Shown: piece by piece, positions 1 through 12,752 of the stretch
Position numbering within the stretch: the stretch's first letter is position 1
Layout of the letters: the number at the start of each line of letters is the position of its first letter
Source of the DNA: Octopus vulgaris
Lineage: Eukaryota
Length of the DNA stretch: 64,000 nucleotides
Assembly: GCA_951406725.2 (NCBI GenBank)
Contig: OX597819.1
Coordinates: 37,696,001 to 37,760,000, forward strand
Reading direction: 5' to 3'
Made by a program: the position numbers and the translations under genes
The notes under the pieces: model-generated
Told to the model about the DNA's origin: nothing
Databases searched by the model: none
Seen by the model: the letters and a program-made list of their open reading frames with translations, nothing else

Positions 1-31
<31 letters not shown>

Positions 32-249
32 TTGATATTTCACTTCCACCATTTAAGTAAAGAGTACTGGTGTTGACATTGTTACATTATGCTTGGTTGC
101 TTTGTTCCTTTGAAAATCTGGTAATAATCTATTACCAGAAAAACAGGAGTGGGTTGGCAAAAGAAAGTGCATCAAGCCATACATACATATATGTATGCCT
201 GCACTGCACACACACTCACACACACACAAACAAATAGATTCAGACATGA

Positions 250-396
250 TTGCATGGTTAAAATGTTTGCTTCACAACAAATTGGTTTCAGGTTCATTCC
301 CAGTGTCTTGCACCTTAGGCCTACGTCTTGCACTATATCCCCAGAGTACCCAAACCCTTCTGAATGGATTTCGTAGACAGAAACTGAAAGAAGCCC

Positions 397-450
<54 letters not shown>

Positions 451-500
451 TACATACATACATACATACATACATACATACATACATACATACATACATA
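250..500 (+). mobile_element. Degenerate 5' part of SINE family A running into (CA)n/(TACA)n
   Basis: Similar to 5157-5320 (ggatttcgtagacagaaactgaaagaagccc). Confidence 0.65.
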
Positions 501-859
501 AAGTGTTTTGCTCAACACACCATCTGGTTTGGGACTCAAGACCATAATCTTATGAGCATGAATGCAACACCCTGCTACTAAGCTGTGTATGTATATATAT
601 GAATGAGTGTGTATATGCTCATCTCTCCTTATCTGAACACCATGTGATCATTGTAAGTTAGTGTCACTGTCATAGAAGAGGTGTGATTCATTTCCAATAT
701 TCTGTAAAATATGTCTGATCATATGGAAATATTATCTTGCTTGGAAGTAGGTGAGGGTTGGCAACAGGAAGAATGTCCAGCCATAGAAAATCTGCCCCAA
801 TAGATTTTGTACCCATACAATCATAGAAAAGTGAACATTAAAACCATGATGAGGATGAT

Positions 860-1230
860 GAGAACATGGGATGAAGTACTGAAGTATGACCTCAGGAAGC
901 TGAACCTTTCAGGTAAGATGACAAAGGACCAAGACACCTGGAGCCTGACCATACTCAAGAAGATCCATATCCTGCCGCAGAAGTGTTAAGACTAATACTG
1001 CTGGTGGTGTAAAGCACCTGTGGTGGTTCCATGCAAAAGTGCCCATGTGGTGCCAAATAAAAGCACCCAGCACACTCTGTAAAGTGCTTGGCATTAGGAA
1101 GGGCATCCTGCCATAGAAACCATGCCAAATCAGAGTGGAGTCTGGTGTAGCTCTCCAGTTTGCCATCTCTGGTCAAACCATCCAGCCATGCCAGCATAGA
1201 CAACAGACGTTAAATGATAATGATGAGAAG
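860..1230 (+). mobile_element. 5'-truncated RTE LINE (end of ORF plus 3' UTR)
   Basis: RTWDEVLKYDLRKL matches RKTWDEVVKHDLRTL of 2222-2953; followed by the shared RTE tail ending in (TGA)n. Confidence 0.75.
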
Positions 1231-1384
1231 GAGGATATATATATATAAATATATGTATATATATATATAAACAGAGTTAAACACAGGTGTTATTGAAATT
1301 CTTTTACTTCCGACACGTTTCGAAGATATCACTAGTATGACTTTTTTGCTACCCTGGTAGCTATTTATCTATTTTTTCCGTGTT

Positions 1385-1607
1385 AATTGTTAACAAGGGA
1401 AAAATACAATACACACATCTGCCATGATAGATCGTTAGCCACTACACACATTTTTTTTCTCTCCTTGTTTTTTCTGTGTCCCTTTCTGTAGAAGAGCGTA
1501 GGCTCGAAACGTAAAAGACTTTTTCTATTCCTGAGCATTATACTAATACATCTGTTTGTTTTGTACACCACCTGTCTTCTTCTTTTGTTTTTTTCGTAAA
1601 CTTTCCC

Positions 1608-1610
<3 letters not shown>
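1385..1610 (+). mobile_element. Penelope-like terminal fragment with hammerhead-like motif at 1482-1517
   Basis: cttt CTGTAGA a gagc gtag gctc GAAAC GTA aaag: stems I and II pair; followed by (TA)n. Confidence 0.6.
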
Positions 1611-1641
<31 letters not shown>

Positions 1642-1642
<1 letters not shown>

Positions 1643-2270
1643 TTCGATCGAAATGTTCAGAGAAAGCAATCCTGGAGTAAGCAACATGAGCAACCCTTAG
1701 CCACTCCAAAAGCAGGTCTTCACCCTAAAAAAGTCTTGCTTTGAGTCTGGTGGGATTGGAAAGGAATTCTGTAATATGAGCTTCTCCCAACTAACCAGAC
1801 AATTAATTCTGAGAAATACTGCACACAACTGAACAAATTAAAAGCAACAATTCAAGAGAAACGTCCAGAATTGGCCAACAGGAAGGCTCTTGTTTTCCAA
1901 CATGATAATGCAAGGCTGCATATTTCTTTGGGATCCAGACAAAAATTGCTGCAGCTCGGCTGGGATGTGTTACCCCACCCTCCATATTCACTAGATATTG
2001 CTCCTTCAGATTTCCACTTATTCAGGTCTCTGCAGAATCGTCTTAATAGTAAAAATTTCAATTCCTTGGATGACGTAAAAAAGATACCTTGATGAATTCT
2101 TTGCCCTGAAACCACCTCAATTCTGGGAAGAGGGTATTTTCAAGTTAAAGGAAAGATGGAGATGCATTGTGCAACAAAATGGTTCATATTTGTTTGATAA
2201 AAAATTAATCGCAAGTATTTATTGACCTTTTTCTTTCCTTTAAAAATCAGCATGAACTTTCCGGACAACT

Positions 2271-2273
<3 letters not shown>
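1642..2273 (+). mobile_element. Mariner (Tc1/mariner DD34D) transposase remnant with right TIR
   Basis: LHPKKVLL, VWWDWKG, FQHDNAR and HPPYSLDIAPSDFHLF motifs; internal stops; ends gaactttccggacaactcaa|TA. Confidence 0.92.
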
Positions 2274-2316
<43 letters not shown>

Positions 2317-2319
<3 letters not shown>

Positions 2320-3523
2320 GAAGATAGTTTTTGTATGTGGCAGATGCTCAGGAGCAATAAACACTGAAAATGCTCTGAGACCAACTTCTTCCACATTCCA
2401 GGGAGAAAAACTAGAAATAGTTGATAGCTTCCGTTACCTAGGTGAACAAGTCAGTAGCGGGGGCGGGTGTGCTGAAAGTGTAACTGCTAGAGTAAGAATA
2501 GCTTGGGCAAAATTCAGAGAGCTCTTACCTCTGCTGGTGACAAAAGGCCTCTCACTCAGAGTAAAAGGCAGACTGTATGACGCATGTGTACGAACAGCCA
2601 TGCTACATGGCAGTGAAACATGGGCCGTGACTGCTGAGGATAAGCGTAAGCTCGCAAGAAATGAAGGCAGTATGCTCCAATGGATGTGTAATGTCAGTGT
2701 TCATACTCGACAGAGTGTAAGTACCTTGAGAGAAAAGCTGGACCTAAGAAGCATCAGTTATGGTGTGCAAGAGAGACGTTTGCGCTGGTATGGTCATGTG
2801 GCAAGAATGGATGAAGATAGTTGTGTGAAAAAGTGCCATACCCTAGCGGTTGAGGGGACCTGTGGAAGAGGCAGACCCAGGAAAACCTGGGATGAGGTGG
2901 TGAAGCACGACCTTCGAACCTTAGGTCTCACTGAGGAAATGACTAGAGACTGAGACCTTTGGAAGTGTGCTGTGCGTGAGAAGACCTGGCAGGACAAGTG
3001 AGACTATAACCCGGGTTGTGCCAGTCCACTTATGCTTACCTTTCCTTCTGGGGACACAAAACTCTACTTGTGAAGACCTGTTGAGGCAAGTGAGAATCGA
3101 AATCGATCAACATCAATGGAAATTGCAGCTGTGATACCAGTGCCGGTGGCACGTAAGAGAACCATCCGAACGTGGCCATTGCCAGCGCCGCCCCGACTGG
3201 CCTCGTGCTGGTGGCACGTAAAAAGCACCATCCGTACGTGGCTGTTGCCAGCCTCGCCTGGCCCCCGTGCCAGTGGCACGTAAAAAGCACCATCCGATCA
3301 TGGTCATTTGCCAGCCTCGTCTGGCACCTGTGCCGGTGGCATGTAAAAAGCACCCACTACACTCATGGAGTGGTTGGCGTTACGAAGGGCATCCAGCCAT
3401 AGAAACATTGCCAGATCAAACTGGGCTTGGTGCAGCTTTCTGGCTTCCCAGACCCCAGTTGAACCATCCAACCCATGCTAGCATGGAAAGCGGACGCTAA
3501 ACGATGGTGATGATGATGATGAT
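2317..3523 (+). mobile_element. 5'-truncated RTE-clade LINE: RT C-terminus plus repeat-array 3' UTR
   Basis: ORF 2222-2953 has VDSFRYLG, LYDACVRTAMLHGSETW, RLRWYGHVARM, GRGRPRKTW; tail ends catgctagcatggaaagcggacgctaaa(TGA)n. Confidence 0.92.
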
Positions 3524-3527
3524 ATAT

Positions 3528-3715
3528 TGCTGGTGGCATGTAAAAAGCACCCACTACACACACGGAGTGGTTGGCGTTAGGAAGGGCATCCAGCCGTAGA
3601 AACATTGCCAGATCAGACTGGGCCTGGTGCAGCCTTCTGGCTTCCCAGACCCCAGTTAAACCTTCCAATCCATGCTAGCATGGAAAGCAGATGCTAAATG
3701 ATAATGATGATGATG
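3528..3715 (+). mobile_element. Second RTE 3' tail copy in tandem
   Basis: Near-identical to 3335-3523. Confidence 0.85.
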
Positions 3716-4102
3716 TATATATATAATTTGTTGTAATGAAGTCAAACCAAATAATAATATTCTGAAAGCATTTAATATGCATGTTTCAGATCTTGTGTAA
3801 TATAAAAAAGGAAGTACACTCCCTTATGCAAGACATTTTTCAGTGAATACATTTTAAAATTTGCACAGTTACTTTAACTAGGACTGGGAGTAGTTTGTTG
3901 TATTTGGTTTAAGTCAAAAATTTTCATATTGTGCATTGCTTCTAAGTAAAACATGATATTATATATATATAAATATATATTTGACAGGCTTCCCTCAGTT
4001 TTTTTCTATCAAATACCAGAACTTGTGTGGTCTCTCCAGGAGAATTCTTGCTGGGGTACTGAAAGGAAACACTTTGGTTACCTGTTTGCCATTGTTCTAG
4101 AC

Positions 4103-4497
4103 CAGGGGTCACCAAACTTTTTCACAACGGGCCAGATCACTGAGAAAATGATCAGTGTGAGCTGCATAACCATTTTGTTCAATACAATACAGTGAATACA
4201 CAAAGAATAAAGACACACCAACATATTTATTTACCCAAAAGTTATCAAAGAGGGTGACGTCAGTGATGAGATAGTTATATCACACCCAGTGCACACATAT
4301 CCAAATCTCACAAACTAAGTAGCCAAAAAAGTTTGATGAGATTTGTGAAACAGGTGTTTAGCTTTTAAGATATCAATATTTGCTATGATGTTGTTGCATC
4401 CAGCCAAGAGAATTGCTTTCAATCATTCATCAATCAACCTTGTTCAATATACTGACTTCACATATTTCATTTTTGAAAATGTTTGCTTACAGCAAGC
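4103..4497 (-). mobile_element. hAT (Charlie-like) 3' end remnant
   Basis: Terminus CAGGGGTCACCAAAC next to ttctagac target; minus strand encodes CCKQTFSKMKYVKS..RLIDE (hAT dimerisation motif). Confidence 0.75.
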
Positions 4498-6359
4498 ATG
4501 CACAGAGTTGATTCCCTTGGCTTGACTCCCTTGTCCCCCAGAAAAGATGAGTGCAAAAAGAAAGAGTATTCCCTGGAATACAAGAAAGGAATTGTGGAAG
4601 AGTCACATAACAAGCACCTTATGGCTTTCTGTAAGGATCTCTCAGTATGAATCTCCGAATGGTTTGAAAATGGCGAGCAGAGTACAATAATCTCAGTGGA
4701 TAGGTGGATGAGGGAAGTGCTAAGAAGTGCAAGTGTGGACCAGGTCAACAACTGTTATTTTTGGAGCTGAAAATTATCACCTCGGGATGGCTTGCTAACA
4801 GAAGAAATTAGGCTTTGTATGTATGCAGGGCTGATATTCAAAAATTTGCTCTTGCAATGGCACCAGAATTGGATATATCCCCAGAAATATTCAAAGCATC
4901 ACCTCATTGGTTGGATAACTTCCTTCAGTGATACGAGCTCTCTCTAAGAAGATCGACAACACTGTTCAAGCTGGAGGATGCTGGAGTAATTCAACGTGCA
5001 CTTGCACTCATGTCCTTCGTTGGTGGTATTGACTTTTTGAAATACAGTCTGTCCAATATAATTGCTATGGATGAGACTGCAGGTGCCTCATCAATCTACA
5101 TTGCCTCAATGGGTCAGGAAATTGCAAGAATTACTGGTATTTTAGCAATTCCTCATGGCGCAGGAGTGGCTGTGTGGTAAGTAGCTTGTTTACCAACCAC
5201 ATGGTTCCAGGTTCAGTCCCACTGCGTGGCACCTTGGGCAAGTGTCTTCTACTATAGCCTCGGGCTGACCAAAGCCTTGTGAGTGGATTTGGTAGACGGA
5301 AACTGAAAAGAAACCCATCATATATATGTATATATATATATGCGTGTGTGTGTTTGTGTGTCTGTGTTTGTCCCCCTAGCATTGCTTGACAACCGATGCT
5401 GGTGTGTTTATGTCCCCGTTACTTAGCGGTTCGGCAAAAGAGACCGATAGAATAAGTACTGGGCTTACAAAAAGAATAAGTCCCAGGGTCGAGTTGCTCG
5501 ATTAAAGGCGGTGCTCCAGCATGGCTGCAGTCAAACAACTGAAACAAGTAAAAGAGTAAAAGAGTATGGAACGAAAGTCCCACAGTTTATCACAAAGGGC
5601 AAAAAAGAGGAAACAGAAGGAGTTTCAGGCGTTTATGTCCTTGAAATGGAAAAGATTGGTGCACACAAGCTGTTATAAGAAAATGGGTTGATTTAACTAT
5701 GCTACTTGTTTTATGTGGTTCTCAAAGAGGTCTTTTAGCCTGGAATTCGTGTAAAAGAAGAATTGACCACATAATGATTCCTGTGGAAATGACATCATAT
5801 CTACTAACATTAGATTTCGTAATAAACCAGCCCTTCAAGGATTATTTGCAGATGAAAGGGAATGATTATATCGAACATAGAATGGAGAGAAATCAGCAAG
5901 GAAACTTTGTCAAACCCAACTTCCAAGAAGTCGTGAATTGTATGAAGAATTCCTGGAATAAAATTACCGACAGTTGCATTGCCAATGCACTATGAACAGG
6001 GTACTTCATTTAAGGAAAGTTATATTGCCAAACATGAGAGATTGGAGTCCATGATTCTTCAGGAAATGGATTTGCAAGTAATTCAGTCTGATTTGGGGTT
6101 TGATGATTTATAATGATGTCCCAGAAAGGGATGAAATGTTTGTCCTTGACAAAAAACAAGAAGCAAATAAACTTTTGATAACTAAAAGCAGGAGTTCCTT
6201 TCTACAATTTTTTCCCCTTTACACGAGGACATGGGACTCTTTTTGTCTTTCTTGGATTTTTTCTGCAAAAATATAAGATGCCTCCCAAAAAGAAGCCTTA
6301 GTACATTTTTTGGATGCAGAATTAATATAAGATTGGGTCTTATTTTCGGGGAAACATGG
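4498..6359 (+). mobile_element. pogo/Tc2-like DDE transposon remnant interrupted by a SINE
   Basis: FKASPHWLDNFL..LSLRRSTT (CENP-B HTH), IAMDETA, IPVEMTSYLLTLDFVINQPFKDYL (DDE_1); right end ttattttcggggaaacatgg|TA. Confidence 0.85.
5157..5566 (+). mobile_element. Full-length tRNA-derived SINE, family A (CORE-like)
   Basis: A-box tggctgtgtggtaag, B-box ggttcagtccc, CORE-like ccttgggcaagt, internal microsatellite, (agtaaaag)n tail; many copies in window. Confidence 0.9.
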
Positions 6360-6568
6360 TACATAGATATTTACTTATAATTCTGTAGTATGAGTTGGAA
6401 AGTGGTGATTTTATGAACATGACAGAAATGTTAATTTAATTAGGAAAATATTTATTTAATTATCCCTTATATCACTATGATTGTCATCAAATTCTCTCTC
6501 TCCCCCCAGGAGTTATACTATTGTAATAAGGTATCACTCTCTCTCTTCTTTCTACCCATTCACTCTCT

Positions 6569-6623
<55 letters not shown>

Positions 6624-7145
6624 CGGTAACTAAAATTTTCAAAGACAAGTATTTCACTCTTTTCTCTAATTTTTGTCTCATTGACGAAGTAGCTTTGCAC
6701 TTTACTCAGGCCCTGAAGACACACTGACATGTTTGTCTATTTATTAATTTATATTTCTGTGGAGTGAATTGGGAAAAATAACGATATTATAAAGATTTTA
6801 CAAAACAGCAAAACAATGACGTAAAACAAGGTGTACTCAAAGTAAACTACTTTGTATTTAACAGACTTGATTTAGAACCAGACACTTCCTTGTCATTCTG
6901 TCCTTTGTCAGTGCAGTGAACCAGGGATTAACCCATTGGAAACATGCAGTCAATGACACTATTATTCATACAATACAACAAGAAATATAAATGGAGCAAA
7001 TCTAATTTAAAAATATAATTTACTTTACACAGTTATTCAAATCAAATGATATATTTATATGAACGTATACAAATATATATATGTGAGCAAGTGTAAGCGA
7101 GGTCATGCATGTGTGTTTCTCTGTGCGAATGTGTGCAAGTGTGCA

Positions 7146-7182
<37 letters not shown>

Positions 7183-7720
7183 ATGTGTGTGTTCCTCTCA
7201 TTTGATACAATCATGACTCTTCTGTTCTGTACTATTTCATTCGCATAGACATTGCTTATGGAGCATTCAAGGTGAGAATACCTCGTCTTAAATGAAGTGG
7301 AATGTGAACAGTCAAGCATATGTGTATTTATTCTACACACACACACACACATGTATGTTGGAATAATAAAAATTATAGCAAATTTGGGTGTATTGAAGGT
7401 CAGTAGGTATTTGTGTATGCAGGTAATCAAGCGTTAACACTATTATATTTAGAGTACACATGCACACACACACACACACAAATATATATATATATATATA
7501 TATATTCATTATATCTATTTTATACATTCAAGTGAAACGAAAATGTCTCCTGATGCTCACTCACCAGAAGTGAACAATGAAATGCAATGCATGAACATTT
7601 ATTGAAATCGTAACAAGTGTTATAACACTGAGCAAAATACAGAAATCATTTTGCTTCTATCGTATCAATTGAGGGACCAGTTTTCAGAGTTGATAGCAGC
7701 ATAATAGATAAGGTAATTAA

Positions 7721-7941
7721 CCCTTTAGCATTTAAACCGGCCATATCCGGCCAAAAGTATTCTGCCTGTTTTATGTTCAAACTGGCCAGGTCTGGTCTCT
7801 CACACCAACCCTACAATATCGTTTTAAAAATTAACAGCTACCTCATCAAAATCTCACAGATACAAGATAATGCATGATTAGTTCAAAACAATGTGGATGA
7901 AAAGGCATTAATTTTGGGAGAATGATGCGAACACTAAGGGG
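7721..7941. mobile_element. piggyBac-type MITE
   Basis: TTAA|CCCTTTAG ... CTAAGGGG|TTAA. Confidence 0.8.
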
Positions 7942-7948
7942 TTAAGGA

Positions 7949-10760
7949 TATGAAGACAAGGTAAGCCCCTGGGCCATCAGGAATCACTGCCGAGATAATT
8001 AAAATTTCTGATGGTGTAGGATACAGCTTCTTCACCTGTAGAATTAATCATATTATTCAGGAAAGCACCATCCCCAATGACTGGTGGAATAGTTTTATAG
8101 TTAGCTGCTACAAGGGTAAAGGTGATGCCTTAGAAGCAGCTACAAAGTTATGAAAGTTACTGAGAGGGTTATAGCTCAATTGATTAGGAATAGAATTAAA
8201 CTAGATGAGATGCAGTTTGGTTTTGTACCTGGGAAAAGTACCACAGATGTCATATTTCTAGTAAGACTGCTGCAAGAAAAGTATTGGCCAAAAGTAAGCC
8301 ACTGTACTTAGCCTTCATCAACCTAGAGAAAGCTTTCAACAGAGTTCTCCACTCTGTTATATGGTGGTCTATAAGGAAGTTAGGAGTAGGAGAGTGGGTT
8401 GCTAGAGCTGTACAAGCCATATGCAGTGGTGCTGTCCGTAAGGTGAGAGTTCTCCATGAATACAGTGATGTACTTAGCGTACAAGTAGGGGTTTACTAGG
8501 GCTCAGTTCTCAGCTCATTCTTATTCATTATTGTCCTCTGGGCCATAACAGAGGAATTCTAAACTAGATGTTCATGGGAACTGCTATATGCTGATGACCT
8601 TGTTCTTATTGCAGAATCTTTAGCAGAATTGGAGAAGAAATTCCAAATATGGAAACAAAACCTGGAATCAAAGGGCTTAGCAAAGACCAAAGTTGTTGTT
8701 AGTAAGAAAGAAGACAAAACTCTCTTTCCATCAAGTAAATGGCCTTGCTCAATATGTAGGAAAGGAGTTGGAAGAAATTCCATTTGCAGCACCTGGAGAA
8801 AACTATGGACATGTAAGAGGTGCAGTGGAATCACAGGTAGATTAACAGATAAAGTCGTCTGTGTATGTGACAGATGTGCAGGAACAATAAGTACTAAGAG
8901 CTCATGTGACTTAAATTTTCTCAAATTCCCAAGAGGTTCTTTGGAGGTTTTTGATAGTTTCCGTTATCTAGGCGACCAAATTAGCAATGGTAGAGGATGT
9001 TCTGAAAGTATTGTTTCTAGAATAAGAATAGGGTGGAGAGAGTTCTCTGCTGGCAAAAAAAGGACTCTCTCTCAGAGTGAAAGGTAGACTGTATGATGCA
9101 TATGTATGAACAGCTTTACACCATGGTAGAGAGACATGGGTTCTGAATGCAGAAGACATGCATAGACTGGGGAGAAATTAAGGTAGTATGTTGGATGTGC
9201 AACTCAAGTGCACATGTATGACAAAGTGCAAATGTATTGAGAGAAAAGATGGACATAAGAGGAATCAAATGTAGCATGCAAGAGAGAAGATTACATTGGT
9301 TTGGAAATGGGATGTGTATAAAAGAGGACAGCTGCATAAAGAAGTGCCAATCACTGACAGTGGATGGTATCTACAGAAGAGGGAGACCCAGGAAGACATG
9401 GGATGAAGTGATAAGGACCGATCTCAGGATGTTGGGCTTCACAGAGAAAACAACAATGGACCAAGATGTCTGGTGATATGAGGTTCCTGAGAAGACCTGT
9501 CTATGTCAGCAAAACTGAGGTCTAGAAATGCAGTGTTCCACCCACACTTAACAAGAAAATTTCTCACACACCCTACACAACCAACCAAACTACATCTCTA
9601 TATCTCTTCTCTTCTTTGCATTCCCACTTCATGCACTATGCTTACTTCCCACTCCCCAATCCTGTCCTCTTGGCCTTGTCTCATAGTATCATTGCTCTCC
9701 GTTAGCCCTCGATCTGTGTGTCCCACCTACATGCCCTGTCTCACTGTATCACTGCTATCTGCTAGCCCCCAGCCTGTGTGTTCCACCCACACATAACAAG
9801 TAAACTTTCTACACACCCTACCCCAATGAACTAATCTCTACATCTCTACTCTTCCTCACATTTCCTCCATCATACACCATGCCCACCTCTAACTTCCCAA
9901 TCCTGTCCTCATAGCCCTGTTTCTCTGTATCCGGTAGCCTCCCCCACTACTCTATATATATATATATATATCCAGGCTTTTGCCACTCACTTCCCCATTC
10001 CGCATTCTCTAATCACACTTCTTTTGCAATATGCTGCCACTTATATTACGACATCTGAACCTCAAGAATATGCCCTGGCACTTGCCACCATCTATATCTC
10101 TCTCTTTCTTTACTCAACCATCCCATTTATATTCTGATCCCCGTCCCTTGTGAGTATACCTGGCACTTTGCCACTATCTCTATCCTGCTATCTCCCACGC
10201 TCTCTTTCTCCTGCATTTCCCTTAGGTTAGGTAACCATGTATCTCCTTTGCAGCAGCAAACCTGTTCTGTCTTCATTCCTGATTTCTCTCTCTCTCTCTC
10301 TCCAGCCAGGTATTTTTGTACCTCCTCTACAGCAAGACACTTTTTTCTGTCTCTCTTTCTCAGTATAACCTTTCATCATCTGACACAAGATCACCTCCTC
10401 TAATGCCCCTCTCCTCTCAAAAGTTTTTTTATTTTGTCTTGCAAGGTACTTGGTGACCCTGTCAATGCAGGCGCCACTTAAAAAAAGCATCCAGTTCACA
10501 ATGTAAAGTGGTTGGCATTTTGGGAGGGAATTCAGCTGTAAAAATCTTGCCAAAACTGACTTCACCTGTGCTTGTGCCACATGAAATGCACTAAGTCCAC
10601 TCTGCTGAGTGGTTGGTTCTAGGAATGGCATGCAGCTGTAAAAATCCTGCCAAAACAGTCACAGAAGTCTGGTGCAGACACCTGCCTGGCCAGCTCCTGT
10701 CAAACTGTCCTACCCATGCCAGAATGGAAGGTGGACATTAAACAATGATGATGATGATGA
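7949..10760 (+). mobile_element. Decayed RTE LINE: RT domain, 3' UTR and tail
   Basis: APGPSGI, QFGFVPGKSTTD, AFINLEKAFNRV, LLYADDLVL, WPCSICRKGVG, GRPRKTWDE with frameshifts and stops; shared tail at 10440-10760. Confidence 0.92.
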
Positions 10761-10880
10761 CGCCGCCGACGACAATGATGATACAACACTGTGTTTTGAA
10801 AGCAAACTCATGACATGATAACTTGCTATTATCAGGAATTGCTTTCCCTCTCGCTCTCTCTCTCTCTCTCTCTTGCAAAT

Positions 10881-11089
10881 ATAGATGCAGAACGAAATTT
10901 TGTCAGTGAACAGGTCACGGTCTCAAAGCGACGAAAATATTTTGACAAATTAAATTTAAATGTTGAAGTGAATCTAACGGTTTTTGTGTGTTTCTTAAAT
11001 GGCTTATAAACACCTTCTACGCTGCAATTGTTTTCGTTCCAGCACACGATCTCAGATCAGGTCACTTGCTATGCAAATACATATCTGTA
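10881..11089. mobile_element. Probable TA-flanked MITE
   Basis: Short imperfect terminal inverted match (tatagatg ... catatctgta). Confidence 0.35.
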
Positions 11090-11326
11090 ATAAATATATA
11101 TATATATAATTGAAATACACTATATTAAAGTAACAGCTACTAATAGTTTCTTACATTGAGACACAAAGTATGTTATAAGAATCAAGCTAACCACATTTCT
11201 CAATAGCAAGAAACTATTGGTAGCTCTTATTTTAATACAGTGCACATTAAATGATATTTATCTCTTACTGGATGGAATACTTTTTCTGCTGATCTTATCT
11301 TAATGGAACAGTAAACTATATATGTA

Positions 11327-11694
11327 CTAGCACTATGACCCGGCAATGCCAGGTCATAGTGCTAATGCATGCATATACAGCTGAATGCATGCACACATAC
11401 ACACGAATACTGTCCAAATCTCTGACCAATCACATACAGCTAGCTGGCATTCAATTGGCGTATCAAGTTTCAGGCATTTTGATTGGGTTTTGGATAGAAA
11501 ATTCACAAAAAAGTCACTTCTATTGATTTTTTAATGGCTTTGCGGGGTGACTGGGGAAATGTAAAGATGTGCACGACCACCCTTGGATGGTTTTGAATGA
11601 CCATAGAAAGTGCGAGCCCTCTAACTGAAAAATTGTGGATTTGCATAAAGAATACACACACAGACAGACATTTTGCTGTTTATATATAGAGAGA
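11327..11694 (-). mobile_element. Non-autonomous Helitron
   Basis: On minus strand: A|TC start, subterminal hairpin gcactatgacc..ggtcatagtgc, CTAG|T end. Confidence 0.85.
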
Positions 11695-11776
11695 TGTGTG
11701 TGTGTGTGTGTAAGTCTTATAAAAGTTCATAAGTCAGGAAAAAAATGCACTCGTATATCTGTCAGTAGAGTGGGCA

Positions 11777-12047
11777 TATTATCCAAAGTGTACAGTATTA
11801 TATATCCATTACGGCCGATCTTACCAATTAGTTTCACACTAGGCATTCAACGGAGTGTTAGGTAGCTGATATGGTATTCAATATGACAAGTGCAGTTGTC
11901 ATATTTCATTCCATATTGGCTACCTCTGATGAGGGCAGGGTTACATAATCAGATTGCTACCTAACACTCTGTTGAATCCCTAGCGCAAAACCAGTTAGTA
12001 AGATTGGCTGTAATATATGTATATAATATTGCACACTTCAGATAATA
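11777..12047. repeat. Fold-back element with CTGATGA and GAAAC remnants (PLE-type terminus)
   Basis: Arms about 11777-11867 and 11956-12047 are reverse complements; inner hairpin at 11861-11924. Confidence 0.7.
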
Positions 12048-12414
12048 AATATATATGTGTGGGGTGGGTGTGTATGTGTGTGTGTGTGTGTATGTGAGTG
12101 TATGTTAAAAAATTTTCTTTGTCTTCTTATCATTTTGGTGTATATATATATGTGGTGTGTATATCAGTGGCGGATCTACTATAAAACTAATGAAGCTTAA
12201 GCTTCAGACCCCCTAATACCTGAGGGGCCTCTCTGATCAACTTAATTTTTTCATTCTGTCAATATTTTTCTTTTTGTATTTTGCCATACAGACAGGGCTG
12301 GTAAAACGAAATAGAATGGAAAAAAAGTTTTGTCTCTACACCAGTCCCCTACAAAAGGATGGTGCCAGTGAAACAACAAAGAAAAGTAAAAACAAAATTA
12401 TGTATGTATGTATG

Positions 12415-12752
12415 TCCAGTAAAGCTGGACTCAAGAGTTATCTTCGTAGTCATAAAGCGAGACAGATGAGTGACAACCTGGCCACTGGTGGTGGTGTAAC
12501 ACACCATACTAATCATATCTGTCAGGCATGTGGAAGAGAGTGTAATTCGGCAGGAGGATTTAAACAACATGCAAAGGTACATGAAGCCCAGTTACAACTA
12601 CAGCCGGCTATTACCGGTAAAGGTTTTAGTTGCCAATTCTGTGCAAGACATTGTAGATCTTTAGCTGGGCTAAAAAGTCGCATTCGATCACAGCACCAGT
12701 AACAGTTAAGCTTCGTGCAATGGGCATACTCGATAACGAGGGGGCAGCCATC
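12415..12752 (+). mobile_element. RTE-type 3' end encoding tandem C2H2-like fingers
   Basis: KAGLKSYLRSH, CQACGRECNSAGGFKQHAKVH, CQFCARHCRSLAGLKSRIRS, then a short tail ctcgataacgagggggcagcc; flanked by (TATG)n. Confidence 0.65.

Noticed and set aside
3127-3360. CRISPR-like repeat-spacer pattern
   Set aside because: Spacers are related to each other, the array is a dispersed LINE 3' UTR, there are no cas genes and the context is eukaryotic
12274-12702. Host C2H2 zinc-finger gene
   Set aside because: No TGEKP linkers, the ORF start runs through transposon and microsatellite sequence, and the end resembles a retroelement tail
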